A stretch of 64,000 nucleotides of DNA, taken from assembly GCA_030603365.1 (NCBI GenBank), contig JAUVXV010000004.1, positions 160,001-224,000 of the forward strand, in the 5' to 3' direction. Shown here piece by piece: positions 36,640 through 47,144 of this stretch. Source of the stretch: Candidatus Heimdallarchaeota archaeon (GTDB lineage: Archaea; Asgardarchaeota; Heimdallarchaeia; Heimdallarchaeales; Heimdallarchaeaceae). The position numbers and the translations under genes are program-made. Under the pieces are notes generated by a model. That model worked only from the letters and a program-made list of their open reading frames with translations, had not been told where the DNA came from and searched no databases. Numbering within the stretch: the first letter of the stretch is position 1; each line of letters begins with the position of its first letter.

Positions 36640-38583
36640 CTATTTTAACCGTATAGTTGTTCCATTGGGTGGAGCAAGACTTTCACGTTTTGTAGTCTTA
36701 TATATCCACGAAGCGAATTTTGTTACTTTTGTTTCATCACCATGGATTACAACAACTCTTTCTGGTTTGGGTGTAACTTTGTTGATATAATTCTCAAGTT
36801 CTCTTCTATCGCTATGCCCTGTAAATCCTGATATGCTGTGAACAGCCATTTCAATATGATGCATCACAGTTCTCCCATTTTCAACCATTTGAATTTCTGT
36901 AATTCCCTTCTGGATTTTACTTCCTAAAGTTCCTTTACCTTGATAACTTACAAAAATCATTGAATTGTTTGGATTTGTACAAAGCGCTTTAAAATATTGG
37001 ACACTGGGACCTCCATTTAACATTCCACTAGTTGCCACAATTATAGCAGGATCTCCTTCTATTATTAAATCACGTTCTTCAGAAGCAGAAACATGTTTCA
37101 TTTGTTCTGCTAGAAATGGATTTTCTCCATCATGAAAAATTCTCTCTCTTACCCCTTTAGAAAGAAATTCAGGATGAGCTGTTGTAATGGCTGATGCTTC
37201 TCTAATCATACCATCTGTATAGATTGGGATACTTGGTAATTCACCTGATCTCATCAAACTTTCAAGAATAACAAGAATTTCTTGGGCTCTTCCTACAGCA
37301 AGTACTGGAATTAATATCTTACCACCTTTCTGGATTGTGTCAAAAACTATATTTCTTAACATTTTGGTACATTCTGCTCTAGATGGAAGAATGTCCTGAG
37401 GTTTTCCATAGGTTGATTCAATAAATAAGGTTTCTAATCTAGGAAATCTGCAATTTGCAGAATCTAATAGGTTTGATTTAGCAAATTTAATGTCTTGAGC
37501 AAAGGCTAAATTGTATACTCCTTCACCAATGTGAAGATGAGGAATTGCACTTCCAACAATATGCCCTGCATTGTGGAAAGTTAATCTAATATCGGGAGTT
37601 ATGTCTGTAACTTCACCATATTCCAATACTATTGTATGTAAAACCGATTCTCGTATGTCTTTTTGTTCATAAGGAAGTGTTTTACCTTCTTTTTGTGCAA
37701 CATCAAGATAATCAATCTGTAGCATTGTCATTAAATCTCTTGTGGGTCTTGTAACATAAACAGCCCCCTTATATCCATACTTGAATAGATAGGGAACAAA
37801 TCCTGAATGATCAAGATGGGCGTGAGAAATGACCACTGCATCAAGATTTTCGATATCAAACTCAGGTAGATCAAATCTTGGAAAAGTATTGTTCGGAGAA
37901 TTGCTTCCAACATTTATACCACAATCTACCAAAATTCTGCTCTCTCCTGTTTGGATTAAGGAAGAACTTCTACCTACTTCTGCATATCCTCCTAGAGCTG
38001 TTACACGGATTGTATCATCTCTATAGATTATTGGTCTATGAATTCTCTTGCCTATTAATCTGAGAATTTCTTGTCTTTTCTTTGAATGCTCTTGATAAAG
38101 ATGTCTTATTGTTTTAATAACTCGAGATTCTATTGGTGGTGTTCTCATAACTCTTGGGCGCCATAGTGTTTTTGCTATTATTGTTCTAAGCATTTCACCA
38201 GCTTTACCAATTATAACACCTGGTTTCAAAGCCTCAATAATAACTTCACCTAGAAGTTCATCAAAATCGATTGAAGTTATTTCTCCTTCTTTACCAACCA
38301 ACTCATTTATGGTGAATATTGTTTCATCCTTTGGAAGTCTAACACTGGGGTCTGATCGTATAACTATCCTCTTTCTAAGTTTTTTAGCCAGTTCTTTAAC
38401 AATGGTTTCATCATCTACTAACACGCGTGGGTTTTTTGAGAAGACAGCAACTTCTGGTCCCTCAAATTCAATTTGTGTAATTTCTGAATTCGACGGTAAT
38501 TCTTTGTGAATATCTTTGGATATCTGTTTTAATACTTCTCTGAAGCTCAAGTTCTCCAACTCTGTATGCTTAATCAAAGACAA
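36640..38583 (-). CDS. fttA: Archaeal CPSF1 beta-CASP ribonuclease / transcription termination factor FttA
   Basis: N-terminal KH domains (FEGPE, KPGVIIGK), SHAHLDH, AGHIVGS, GFTGHSD, HGD. Confidence 0.96.
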   Translation of the reverse strand: MSLIKHTELENLSFREVLKQISKDIHKELPSNSEITQIEFEGPEVAVFSKNPRVLVDDETIVKELAKKLRKRIVIRSDPSVRLPKDETIFTINELVGKEGEITSIDFDELLGEVIIEALKPGVIIGKAGEMLRTIIAKTLWRPRVMRTPPIESRVIKTIRHLYQEHSKKRQEILRLIGKRIHRPIIYRDDTIRVTALGGYAEVGRSSSLIQTGESRILVDCGINVGSNSPNNTFPRFDLPEFDIENLDAVVISHAHLDHSGFVPYLFKYGYKGAVYVTRPTRDLMTMLQIDYLDVAQKEGKTLPYEQKDIRESVLHTIVLEYGEVTDITPDIRLTFHNAGHIVGSAIPHLHIGEGVYNLAFAQDIKFAKSNLLDSANCRFPRLETLFIESTYGKPQDILPSRAECTKMLRNIVFDTIQKGGKILIPVLAVGRAQEILVILESLMRSGELPSIPIYTDGMIREASAITTAHPEFLSKGVRERIFHDGENPFLAEQMKHVSASEERDLIIEGDPAIIVATSGMLNGGPSVQYFKALCTNPNNSMIFVSYQGKGTLGSKIQKGITEIQMVENGRTVMHHIEMAVHSISGFTGHSDRRELENYINKVTPKPERVVVIHGDETKVTKFASWIYKTTKRESLAPPNGTTIRLK

Positions 38584-38737
38584 ATGTACAGCAAAATAAA
38601 TTCATATATTTGCATATAACACGCTTTAAAACTAAATTACAACTCTGTAGATTATTTATATACTTTTTGATTTTGCTTGAAGTTCAAATTCTATCGTTAG
38701 AATATCAAAAAACCATTAAATAAGGGAAATTGTATTA

Positions 38738-39286
38738 TTAGTTTCCCCTACGTAAATACCATCCTCTATCTAGTGGTTTATCTTTTAAACCCTTTACAAG
38801 AATTGTGTTTTGTTTAGCTTTATCAATATCTTTAGCTCCAATTTCTGCTTTTCCAATTCCATAATGTAGATTGTTTTTTCCTAAGATTATTAGATAATCA
38901 CCTTTATCGAAATTGTAACTATAAGATTCAAGATTTTCTACAAAAATATGTTTTCCATATAAAAATTGACTTGTTTTAATCTTAATCTTGTTGTTTGTAA
39001 AAGGTAGAATTAAGGAAGAACCTTCAATTTCTAATTGAAATTCGTTTTCCACTATACTCCCAATTGGAGTTCCTGCATAGTATATTTCTCCAGATAGTTT
39101 CAAAATAATTTTTTCTTGTTCTTCAGGAATCAAGAAAACTTCCTTTATTTTTCCTTCTTTTATCCATAAGTTTCCGTTAGATAAACTTTGTATGGTTTTG
39201 GAACCAAACATCTCCTTAAGGTGATTCAAAACTAAAGTCTCTTCCATTGCTGAAGATTTACGAAAAACAAAATCGTTATTTTCCAT
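38738..39286 (-). CDS. NIP7/UPF0113 ribosome-biogenesis PUA protein
   Basis: YYAGTPIG, FLYGKHI, DRGWYLRRG; coupled to the NOP2-like methyltransferase gene. Confidence 0.8.
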   Translation of the reverse strand: MENNDFVFRKSSAMEETLVLNHLKEMFGSKTIQSLSNGNLWIKEGKIKEVFLIPEEQEKIILKLSGEIYYAGTPIGSIVENEFQLEIEGSSLILPFTNNKIKIKTSQFLYGKHIFVENLESYSYNFDKGDYLIILGKNNLHYGIGKAEIGAKDIDKAKQNTILVKGLKDKPLDRGWYLRRGN

Positions 39287-40257
39287 TATTCTTTCACCAT
39301 TTTTACAATAAAGAATCCTTCTCCACACGTTTTATGAGGATACAACCGTTTTGCTTTTACCATTTCTGAGTCAAAATTATAAGTTTCAAATTTTGTCAAA
39401 CCGTTTTCTCCAATAATATTTATTTCTTCGATTTTCATATCTTTGGATTCCAGAACCTTAGTAATAACAAGTTCATTCTCCTCAGGTTCAAGTGAACATG
39501 TGGAATACACTATCTCACCTTGAGTTCTTAGTACATTTATTGCATTTGTAAGTAATGATACTTGAAGTTCATGGTATTTTAGAAGGTCATCAATTGTTTT
39601 TGATATTTTTCTAGTTGGATCTGAAATAATGGTTCCAGAACCTGAACAAGGGGCATCAAGAAGGATTTTGTCAAATTCTAAATTTAAAGATTGTATATTT
39701 TGAGAGTCCATATTAATAACTATTGAATTTTGAACACCCATCCTTGCTAGATTAGATTTCAGACTTCTTGATCTGAACGCACTTATCTCAATTGCTACAA
39801 TAGTTCCCCTGTTATTCATTAGCTGGGCAAGATGAGTTGTTTTTCCTCCTGGAGCCGCTGCAAGATCACCAACCAATTCTCCATTTTTTGGATTCAATAT
39901 GCTAGACGGATATAGAGAATTTTCACCTTGTAACATATAAAAGCCATTCAAATATTCCTCAGTTGCACCAATGGGTACTGGTGACCTTATAACTCTTCTA
40001 GCTTCAGGAAAATTCTTGACTCGTTCCATTACAACTTGCTTTTTTTTCAGCAACATCTCTGTTTCCGCATGAGGTTTTCTCAAGGAATTAAATCTTATTA
40101 TCTGAGGAAGTTTAGTTTCATTAAACTGAAGAAGCTTTTTAGTTTCTTCCTCTCCAAGAATTGATATATATCTTTCAATCATGTAAGGAAGATATCCAAG
40201 ATCTTTGCCAAATTTACGTATATTTGTGGCTTCATTCAATGTGGACATATGCATCAT
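39286..40257 (-). CDS. NOL1/NOP2/RsmB-family RNA m5C methyltransferase
   Basis: DLAAAPGGKTT, ILLDAPCSGSG, YSTCSLEPEENE, GFFI. Confidence 0.95.
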   Translation of the reverse strand: MMHMSTLNEATNIRKFGKDLGYLPYMIERYISILGEEETKKLLQFNETKLPQIIRFNSLRKPHAETEMLLKKKQVVMERVKNFPEARRVIRSPVPIGATEEYLNGFYMLQGENSLYPSSILNPKNGELVGDLAAAPGGKTTHLAQLMNNRGTIVAIEISAFRSRSLKSNLARMGVQNSIVINMDSQNIQSLNLEFDKILLDAPCSGSGTIISDPTRKISKTIDDLLKYHELQVSLLTNAINVLRTQGEIVYSTCSLEPEENELVITKVLESKDMKIEEINIIGENGLTKFETYNFDSEMVKAKRLYPHKTCGEGFFIVKMVKE

Positions 40258-40320
40258 TCAGCTAATTTGTAATGTTTTTAGTTAAAATATAAAAGCAACC
40301 TATTAAAATACATCTTTGAG

Positions 40321-41388
40321 ATGAACAGTGTTATAAATGAGTACAAATTCATTGAGCTTCCTACTCTTCTCTGTTTAGGAGCAGATATGCTCAATAGTGT
40401 TCCAGAAGTAATAAAACGACTTTCCTTAGGGAAAAAAGTATTATTATTGACTGATGAATTTCTTAGAACAAGGATTGCAAAAGACGTTGAAAATATCCTA
40501 ATAGATGGTAATATAGAAGTTTTCACTAACACCATCCAGGATAGTACAATGGATGAAGTAAATAAACAAATTGAATTTCATAAGGAAATTAAACCAGATT
40601 TCGTCATTGGTTTGGGAGGAGGAAGACCTATAGATATCGCAAAATCTGTATCTTTCCAAGTTAACCAAAGATTCATCTCTGTACCAACCATTGCAAGTCA
40701 TGATGGGGTCGCCAGTTCTAGAGCTTCAATCATGGGTTCTAAAAAGAGACATTCTATACAGGCTCTCCCCCCTATTGCTGTAGTGGCTGATACTGTTATC
40801 CTTGATAAATCTCCATACAGGTTTACAGCATCTGGATGTGGTGATTTAATAGCTAAAAGAACTGCAATTGCAGATTGGATGCTTTCTCATCGATTGAAGA
40901 ATGAACTAATTAGTGAATATTCAATCGCTTTATCTGATATGACTGCTCAACTCATTACTAAGAATGCTGATATAATTAGAAGTCAAGTTGAGGGCTATAG
41001 TCGAATTGTTGTCAAAGCACTTATCAGCAGTTCACTAGCAATGTGTGTTGCAGGTTCATCTAGACCTGGAAGTGGATCTGAACATATGTTCAGTCATGCT
41101 TTAGATTCATTTGCTGAAACCCCTGCTCTCCATGGAGAACAATGTGCTCTTGGAACTATTTTAATGGGCTATCTTCATGATCTTGATTGGGTAGAAATAA
41201 AAAATATTATGATTAATTTAGGATTACCTGTAACCTCTAGAAACTTAGGATTAAAGGATGAAGAAGTAATCAAAGCACTAGAAATTGCTCATACCATAAG
41301 ACCAGAACGATTCACTGTTTTAGGTAAAGAAGGATTAACAAGAGATGCAGCAATAAAAGCTGCGACTATTACTGGTGTGATAAATTAA
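40321..41388 (+). CDS. egsA: sn-glycerol-1-phosphate dehydrogenase
   Basis: GGGRPIDIAK, PTIASHDGVAS, SSRPGSGSEHMFSHALD, LHGEQC. Confidence 0.95.
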   Translation: MNSVINEYKFIELPTLLCLGADMLNSVPEVIKRLSLGKKVLLLTDEFLRTRIAKDVENILIDGNIEVFTNTIQDSTMDEVNKQIEFHKEIKPDFVIGLGGGRPIDIAKSVSFQVNQRFISVPTIASHDGVASSRASIMGSKKRHSIQALPPIAVVADTVILDKSPYRFTASGCGDLIAKRTAIADWMLSHRLKNELISEYSIALSDMTAQLITKNADIIRSQVEGYSRIVVKALISSSLAMCVAGSSRPGSGSEHMFSHALDSFAETPALHGEQCALGTILMGYLHDLDWVEIKNIMINLGLPVTSRNLGLKDEEVIKALEIAHTIRPERFTVLGKEGLTRDAAIKAATITGVIN

Positions 41389-41437
41389 GCTCTACTTTGA
41401 GAATATTAAAAAACGCAATATCTTTACTTACTGCGAA

Positions 41438-41869
41438 ATGGTAATTTCTTTAATCCCTAAGAATGTTGCAAATAAAGGCTATCAATTTACACATCTTGGT
41501 GGTACTGAAACTTGTCAAAAATGCAAATTTCTCACTGTTTGTGTGAATTCACTAGAGGTTAATTTTACCTATGAAGTTACGCAAATTAGGGAAAAAGAGC
41601 ACCCATGTTTAATTGATAATAGTATGATGGTAGTTTGTGAAGTAAAAGAAATAAATGATATGCTATCAGTTAAACATCAGAAATATTTAGATGATGTAAT
41701 TCTTACCAGAGAACCAATTGAGTGTGTAGAAATATTATGTGAAAACTATGATTTCTGTGTCTCTTCAAAATACAATAAACCAACCAAAATCAAAATTCTT
41801 AAAAATTTAGGAAAAATTGACTGCCCTCTTAGTTATCAACTTGTATTAGTAGAAGGTAAAAAGATATAA
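41438..41869 (+). CDS. UPF0179 family protein
   Basis: ISLI...G..F, CxxCxxxxxC, HPC, C-terminal CPL; conserved neighbour of egsA. Confidence 0.85.
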   Translation: MVISLIPKNVANKGYQFTHLGGTETCQKCKFLTVCVNSLEVNFTYEVTQIREKEHPCLIDNSMMVVCEVKEINDMLSVKHQKYLDDVILTREPIECVEILCENYDFCVSSKYNKPTKIKILKNLGKIDCPLSYQLVLVEGKKI

Positions 41870-41890
41870 TGATATAGTTAGATTGAATCA

Positions 41891-42586
41891 TTACTTCTTT
41901 TCTATATCATAATGCTCAATAAATGTTATCCTATCAAATTTATTTGAAATCTCCCCTAAATCTCTTGAAACTCCATTTCTAATAAATTGTATGTATTCCA
42001 TAAATCGAGTATCTTTGGGTAATTCAACCTCAACAACTTTGTTTCTTATATTAATTTTTGTTGATGAAAAATCTACTCCTGGTAATCTCTTTTCAAGTAA
42101 GCAGACAAATTGTTCTTTAATGTCTGTAACTTTTTTTACAATCTCAACATCATATATTAATTCCAATCCTGCTAGGTCGTGATTAAAATCAACTTTTACT
42201 CTACTACTTGATACTTTAAGGATTCTACCCGTTTGACCACCTATCTCTACTTTCATATCTTCCTTTGGTTTTATCTGGTGTCTCTGAAATTCTCTTCTTT
42301 GAATAAGTCTAATCTTCGAACGATCTCTAAGTCCAAATCCGTTTTTTGCATCAATCTCTATTGTTTTCTTGTCTCCCTCTTTCATACCCACAATTGCATC
42401 TTCCAAACCAACTGGCAACCAATTTTTACCAATAATTAATGTGAAAGGTCTGTAGATTATTTTTTCATCAAAAATATCTTCTTTCTTTGCAATGCTTTCT
42501 ATTGTAGTGTCAACTACTTTGTTATCTTCTTTAGTTCTACCAGTATAGTTTAAATTCACAATGTCGCCTTTATTGAGAGTGGTCAT
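41891..42586 (-). CDS. Long archaeal FKBP-type peptidyl-prolyl isomerase (SlyD-like)
   Basis: YTGR, VDTT, GLEDAI, VDFNHDLAG. Confidence 0.92.
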   Translation of the reverse strand: MTTLNKGDIVNLNYTGRTKEDNKVVDTTIESIAKKEDIFDEKIIYRPFTLIIGKNWLPVGLEDAIVGMKEGDKKTIEIDAKNGFGLRDRSKIRLIQRREFQRHQIKPKEDMKVEIGGQTGRILKVSSSRVKVDFNHDLAGLELIYDVEIVKKVTDIKEQFVCLLEKRLPGVDFSSTKINIRNKVVEVELPKDTRFMEYIQFIRNGVSRDLGEISNKFDRITFIEHYDIEKK

Positions 42587-42667
42587 ATGTTCACCTAGTT
42601 CTACTCTTATTCAAGTTAAAAATATGATTTAAGGTATATTTAAAATTCTGCTTTTCTGCCATATAAT

Positions 42668-43330
42668 CTACAATCTATTCAATATTCTTTCAAAATCTGA
42701 CTTTTCTTTCTCTGAATCTATGCCTTTAACAAACTCTAGTAGAATTCTTTCTCTTTCTTCAGCCATCCTTTTAGTTATAGGAAAATGCATCCTTGCTGAT
42801 AATTTGAGAAGTTTGTTTTGAAAATGTTCTAAAGCTTCCTCAAGATTCAAACCTTTTTCAAAACTAAAACTTAAAGTTCTGTAAAGACCCATAGCTCCTA
42901 AAGCATCGAGTGCATCAGCATCTTGGAGTATTTTAGCTTCTAGAGTGGAAGGTTCAATGTTCTTACTATATCTATGTGATTTTATTGCATCGCAAACATC
43001 AGTTATTAATTCATCTAGTTTTTCTTGTTGTAAGAATAGTTTAGCTCTTTCTGCACCTACTTCAGCATGACATCTGCCTGTCTTGATCTCAGTAGGTCTT
43101 CCTATATCATGAAACATTGATGCTAACACAACTATGTCTACAAATGCATTTAACTCTAAAGAAATAGTAAAACATGTATCTACAACTCTTAAAATGTGCT
43201 CAAATGAATGGGATCGTTTTCTGTTAAACGAACATAATTCTTCTTCTACTATTTTATAAGCTTTAGAGAGAATATCTCTTAGTTCTGACGATGATGAAAT
43301 ATGCTTCATTTTATATTCTTTGTTTACCAT
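42668..43330 (-). CDS. HD-domain phosphohydrolase
   Basis: HSFEHILRV, FHDIGR, HAEVGA, LQDADALDALGA. Confidence 0.92.
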   Translation of the reverse strand: MVNKEYKMKHISSSSELRDILSKAYKIVEEELCSFNRKRSHSFEHILRVVDTCFTISLELNAFVDIVVLASMFHDIGRPTEIKTGRCHAEVGAERAKLFLQQEKLDELITDVCDAIKSHRYSKNIEPSTLEAKILQDADALDALGAMGLYRTLSFSFEKGLNLEEALEHFQNKLLKLSARMHFPITKRMAEERERILLEFVKGIDSEKEKSDFERILNRL

Positions 43331-43336
43331 TTCTTC

Positions 43337-43984
43337 TTACAACTCATATAAATTGAATATTTTTCCCTCAACATTAAAATCCTTATGAACCTCAATTATT
43401 GCAAAGTTACCTATAGTTACAGGTCCCGGATTTATAATTGTACAATTGTTTAATTTTGATATAGCGGGTGATTCATGAATGTGACCTGAAATTGATAAAA
43501 ATATGTGTTCGTTCTTTTCTATGAACGCACGAAGATGTTTAGATCCTGTATGTCTGTTAAGAGAAACAATATCTGTTGTAGTATTGAAAGGAGGTGCGTG
43601 AGTAAGAAGACATACTTTCTTGCCAACCTTATTCAATTTTTTTAACAATTTTTGATCCAATTGAGGTCTATGTGTTCCAAACCCTACAATTGAAAAGAAA
43701 CCTATATTGTGTGGTTGTTTTTCCACGTTTATTGCTAAAGATTCAACGTTCTTGGATTTAACAAACGGATCACAATTCCCTATAACGTAAAATGTATTCG
43801 GAATTCTACTTACTATTATGTTCAAAATGTTTCTCATGTCATCTGAGGTTCCGAAATTTGTTATATCTCCAGCTACTAAACAGAAATCTGGGGAGACACC
43901 CATTGTGTCTAAAGAATTTAAAATACTCTTCAATGTTATATCTTGATTGTGGATATCAGACAGTATTAATAATTTTATAGACAA
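43337..43984 (-). CDS. Calcineurin-like metallophosphoesterase
   Basis: SDIH, GDIT, GNCD, THAPP, GHIHE. Confidence 0.92.
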   Translation of the reverse strand: MSIKLLILSDIHNQDITLKSILNSLDTMGVSPDFCLVAGDITNFGTSDDMRNILNIIVSRIPNTFYVIGNCDPFVKSKNVESLAINVEKQPHNIGFFSIVGFGTHRPQLDQKLLKKLNKVGKKVCLLTHAPPFNTTTDIVSLNRHTGSKHLRAFIEKNEHIFLSISGHIHESPAISKLNNCTIINPGPVTIGNFAIIEVHKDFNVEGKIFNLYEL

Positions 43985-43994
43985 TCTTTGTCAC

Positions 43995-44630
43995 CTAATA
44001 ATAGTACCATAATTGTAAGAAAGTGAAAATTCCAGAGTATTCAAAACTACTACTAGACGTATCAAATTCCCATAATTCAAAGACTATTTTCATATAATTA
44101 TCCCCGTCCAGAATAGCTTCTAATTGTGCATTGGAAGATAAAACAACACTTATTGGACCCCAAATATAGTCTCCTGAAAAGACTCCACTTTCTCTTTTTT
44201 CTATTTCTGTTGCAGGAGAAAGAATTTTTTCATAGGTTTCATTCTCGTTTAGTAGATAGGAATTGAATTCATCCAACGGATATTCAGCTGTTGCATTTTG
44301 AGAAATTTTTGTGGCTTTTATTTGAATTTGATAATACTTAATTTCATTTTCAAAATTCTTAACCATGAAGAAAAGAGATATATTTTCCCCAGATTCAAGT
44401 ACATAGGGATATCCGTCTGCCTCAAATGTTTGTGATGTTTCATTATACATTAAGAGTGATAATTCACTAAAACCATTACTAGAAAAAGGGAAAAAAATAC
44501 TCGAGGCTATTGATATTATAGTGATAATAAGAATAGAAAAGATTGTTATTGTGAAGAACCTCTTCTTTTTTACAGGTGATAGTTTCTTCTTGCTAAGTGA
44601 GGTAACAATGGTTTTTATTCTTTTATTCAT
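43995..44630 (-). CDS. DUF1616 C-terminal-like single-TM protein
   Basis: TM, then FSELSLL, YP, VKNFE..YYQIQIK, KIVFELW; likely start ATG 44630. Confidence 0.6.
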   Translation of the reverse strand: MNKRIKTIVTSLSKKKLSPVKKKRFFTITIFSILIITIISIASSIFFPFSSNGFSELSLLMYNETSQTFEADGYPYVLESGENISLFFMVKNFENEIKYYQIQIKATKISQNATAEYPLDEFNSYLLNENETYEKILSPATEIEKRESGVFSGDYIWGPISVVLSSNAQLEAILDGDNYMKIVFELWEFDTSSSSFEYSGIFTFLQLWYYY

Positions 44631-45147
44631 TTTTAGCAACCTCTTCTTCTTTCTTATATTGTATTTCCAACTTACTATACTCTTCAATACGTTTTTCTAA
44701 ATACCACGGATAAATTTTTTTAATGAATATAATGATAAACAAGATTGCTAGAATGGCAGAAAATACACCGAGAAGTGAAAACAAAAGTATGTTATTCTGT
44801 TCTTTTTTATTTTCCCTTAATTCTAGTTCATTGATTACTGCAACAAGTTGTTCATTTGCATCATTCGCTTTCCCATAAGCTGCGGTATAGTTCGCTTCTT
44901 CGAATTCTTTCTTTGCATCTACAATTAGTTGTCGCGCAATGTCTGTGTTAATTACTAAATCTCGAATATTTATGTTGGTTTTTGAAGCTTCCTCCAACAA
45001 AACTATAGTTTCGAATAATCTTTCATCAGCCTGTTGAATAGCAAGAAGAGCGTTTTGCTGGGTTTGTGAAGAAACAGACAATATCGTGGGTATTAGGAGA
45101 GAAAAACAAAAAACTGCAATTATGTTAAACTTAACCTTTTTTCTCAT
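44623..45147 (-). CDS. Signal peptide + helical bundle + TM protein
   Basis: Hydrophobic N- and C-terminal segments flanking an Ala-rich helical region; overlaps both neighbours. Confidence 0.65.
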   Translation of the reverse strand: MRKKVKFNIIAVFCFSLLIPTILSVSSQTQQNALLAIQQADERLFETIVLLEEASKTNINIRDLVINTDIARQLIVDAKKEFEEANYTAAYGKANDANEQLVAVINELELRENKKEQNNILLFSLLGVFSAILAILFIIIFIKKIYPWYLEKRIEEYSKLEIQYKKEEEVAKNE

Positions 45148-45817
45148 CTAATTCACCCTTCTTGAATATTTTACATCGTATTCTTAGATTTTCTAAAGAT
45201 ACCTTCTCTGAACCGATAATAATTCGTACTAATGCAGATAAGATTAATGCAATAATTGTAAGGGAACCAAGAGTAATCACAAATGCTAGATTTTCTATTG
45301 CCCAAATTTTATCTAAAATTAACCCTCCAAAAATCATAGCTCCAATATTGATCCCAATTGCTAATAATGTTCTTTCAATTTGATCGATAGTTTCATAGAG
45401 TTTGGGAAATATGACGTTACTAATAGCCCAACCAGGTATCACAATTCCATAAATAATCCCCATAATAACTCTTAGAAAATACAGAGGAGAATCTGTAGAA
45501 ATTAGAAGAACAACTAAAAAGAAAATGATTGATAGACCAAACAAAATCCAAAATTCTAAGGAATAATAATGAACCTCTAGGAAATACTGTTTGATTGTTT
45601 TAGGTAATTTTCTCTCAATTTTTGCAGATCCTAAATGTATCTCTCCTTTATTTTCCATTTCTCTAATTATATTATATACAAATAATTTGTCTTTTTTTGA
45701 AAGCTCTATTACCCTTTCGGATAATTTTCTTACTGTTTTAGGTTTTTCTTCAGTCAAAATTTTTTGAATTATCTGTTTGACTTTAGAGCTTTCATTTGCA
45801 CACATGCTTTTGGACAT
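45131..45817 (-). CDS. DUF1616 N-terminal-like membrane protein with an N-terminal wH-like region
   Basis: LRVIMG...IPGW...FP...IERTLLAIG. Confidence 0.7.
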   Translation of the reverse strand: MSKSMCANESSKVKQIIQKILTEEKPKTVRKLSERVIELSKKDKLFVYNIIREMENKGEIHLGSAKIERKLPKTIKQYFLEVHYYSLEFWILFGLSIIFFLVVLLISTDSPLYFLRVIMGIIYGIVIPGWAISNVIFPKLYETIDQIERTLLAIGINIGAMIFGGLILDKIWAIENLAFVITLGSLTIIALILSALVRIIIGSEKVSLENLRIRCKIFKKGELDEKKG

Positions 45818-45867
45818 AATAGTTTATAGATAAAAAATGTTTGTGAATAGAAAAATAATTAGATATT

Positions 45868-47037
45868 CTATTCCATGTTAAACGCTTTTCTCAATTCATT
45901 GATTCTATCAGTCTTTTCCCAAGAAAATTCAGGCAAATTTCTTCCAAAATGACCATAGCAAGATGTTTTTTTGTATATAGGTCTTCTCAGTTCAAGCTGA
46001 TCAATTATTACTCCTGGTCTAAAATCAAATATTTCCAGAACAGTTTGTTGAAGTTTATCCCTATCTACTTTTTCGGTCCCAAAGCACTCAACATTAACTG
46101 CTAGAGGATTTGGCTCTCCGATTGCATATGAAACTTGGATTTCACATTTATTTGCTAAACCTGCAGCTACTACATTTTTTGCAACATATCTAGCAGCATA
46201 AGACGCAGAACGATCAACTTTGGAAGGATCCTTTCCAGAAAAAGCTCCTCCTCCATGAGAATCCACCCCACCATATGTGTCCACTATAATCTTCCTGCCA
46301 GTTAAACCAGCATCTCCATGCGGACCTCCTATCACAAATCTTCCTGTTCTGTTGATTAGAATTTTTGTATTTTCATCAATTAGATTCTTATCAATAATGG
46401 GTTCAATAACTTCTTTTTTTATTCCCTCTTCTATTTCCTTCCTTGAAGCTTCTGGTTTGTGTTGTGCTGCAATTACAACTGCAGCAATTCTGAAAGGAAC
46501 ATCATTTTTGTATTCGACTGCTACCAAAGATTTACCATCTGGTCTTAGAAATGGTAATATTCCCTTTTTACGAACATCAGCCAGTTTTTGTGTAAGCTTA
46601 TGAGCTAAAACAATTGGGAGGGGCATAAATTCTGGTGTTTCATCTGAAGCATATCCATACATTATGCCTTGGTCTCCAGCCCCTTGTTCCTGTATTTCTT
46701 CTTTTCTTACTCCTTGAGCAATGTCAGGGGATTGAGAGTGTATTGTATTTATAATTGCACACCCTCTATAATCAAATCCTATCCTAGAATCATCATAACC
46801 AATTTCCTTGATTGTTGAGCGAACAATTTTTTCATAATCTATAATAACTGGTTTGGTGGTTGTTATCTCTCCACCTATTAGTACAAGTCCTGTAGTTACA
46901 AAACATTCGCAAGCAACATGGGCTTTAGAATCTTTTTCTAAAATCGCATCTAAAATTGCATCTGAAATTTGATCACATATCTTATCCGGATGTCCCTCCG
47001 TTACTGATTCTGATGCAACTGTTCTAAATCTGTTCAA
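45868..47037 (-). CDS. metK: S-adenosylmethionine synthetase, bacterial/eukaryotic type
   Basis: [45 protein letters not shown]; TTG start with GGAG upstream. Confidence 0.97.
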   Translation of the reverse strand: MNRFRTVASESVTEGHPDKICDQISDAILDAILEKDSKAHVACECFVTTGLVLIGGEITTTKPVIIDYEKIVRSTIKEIGYDDSRIGFDYRGCAIINTIHSQSPDIAQGVRKEEIQEQGAGDQGIMYGYASDETPEFMPLPIVLAHKLTQKLADVRKKGILPFLRPDGKSLVAVEYKNDVPFRIAAVVIAAQHKPEASRKEIEEGIKKEVIEPIIDKNLIDENTKILINRTGRFVIGGPHGDAGLTGRKIIVDTYGGVDSHGGGAFSGKDPSKVDRSASYAARYVAKNVVAAGLANKCEIQVSYAIGEPNPLAVNVECFGTEKVDRDKLQQTVLEIFDFRPGVIIDQLELRRPIYKKTSCYGHFGRNLPEFSWEKTDRINELRKAFNME

Positions 47038-47144
47038 CTACTATCTCTCCAAAAATTAACTTTAAACATTAGAAATATAGTTGATTATAAAATAATTGTG
47101 ATAACAAAGTGTGATATAAAAAAAGACAACAAATTGATCTCACA

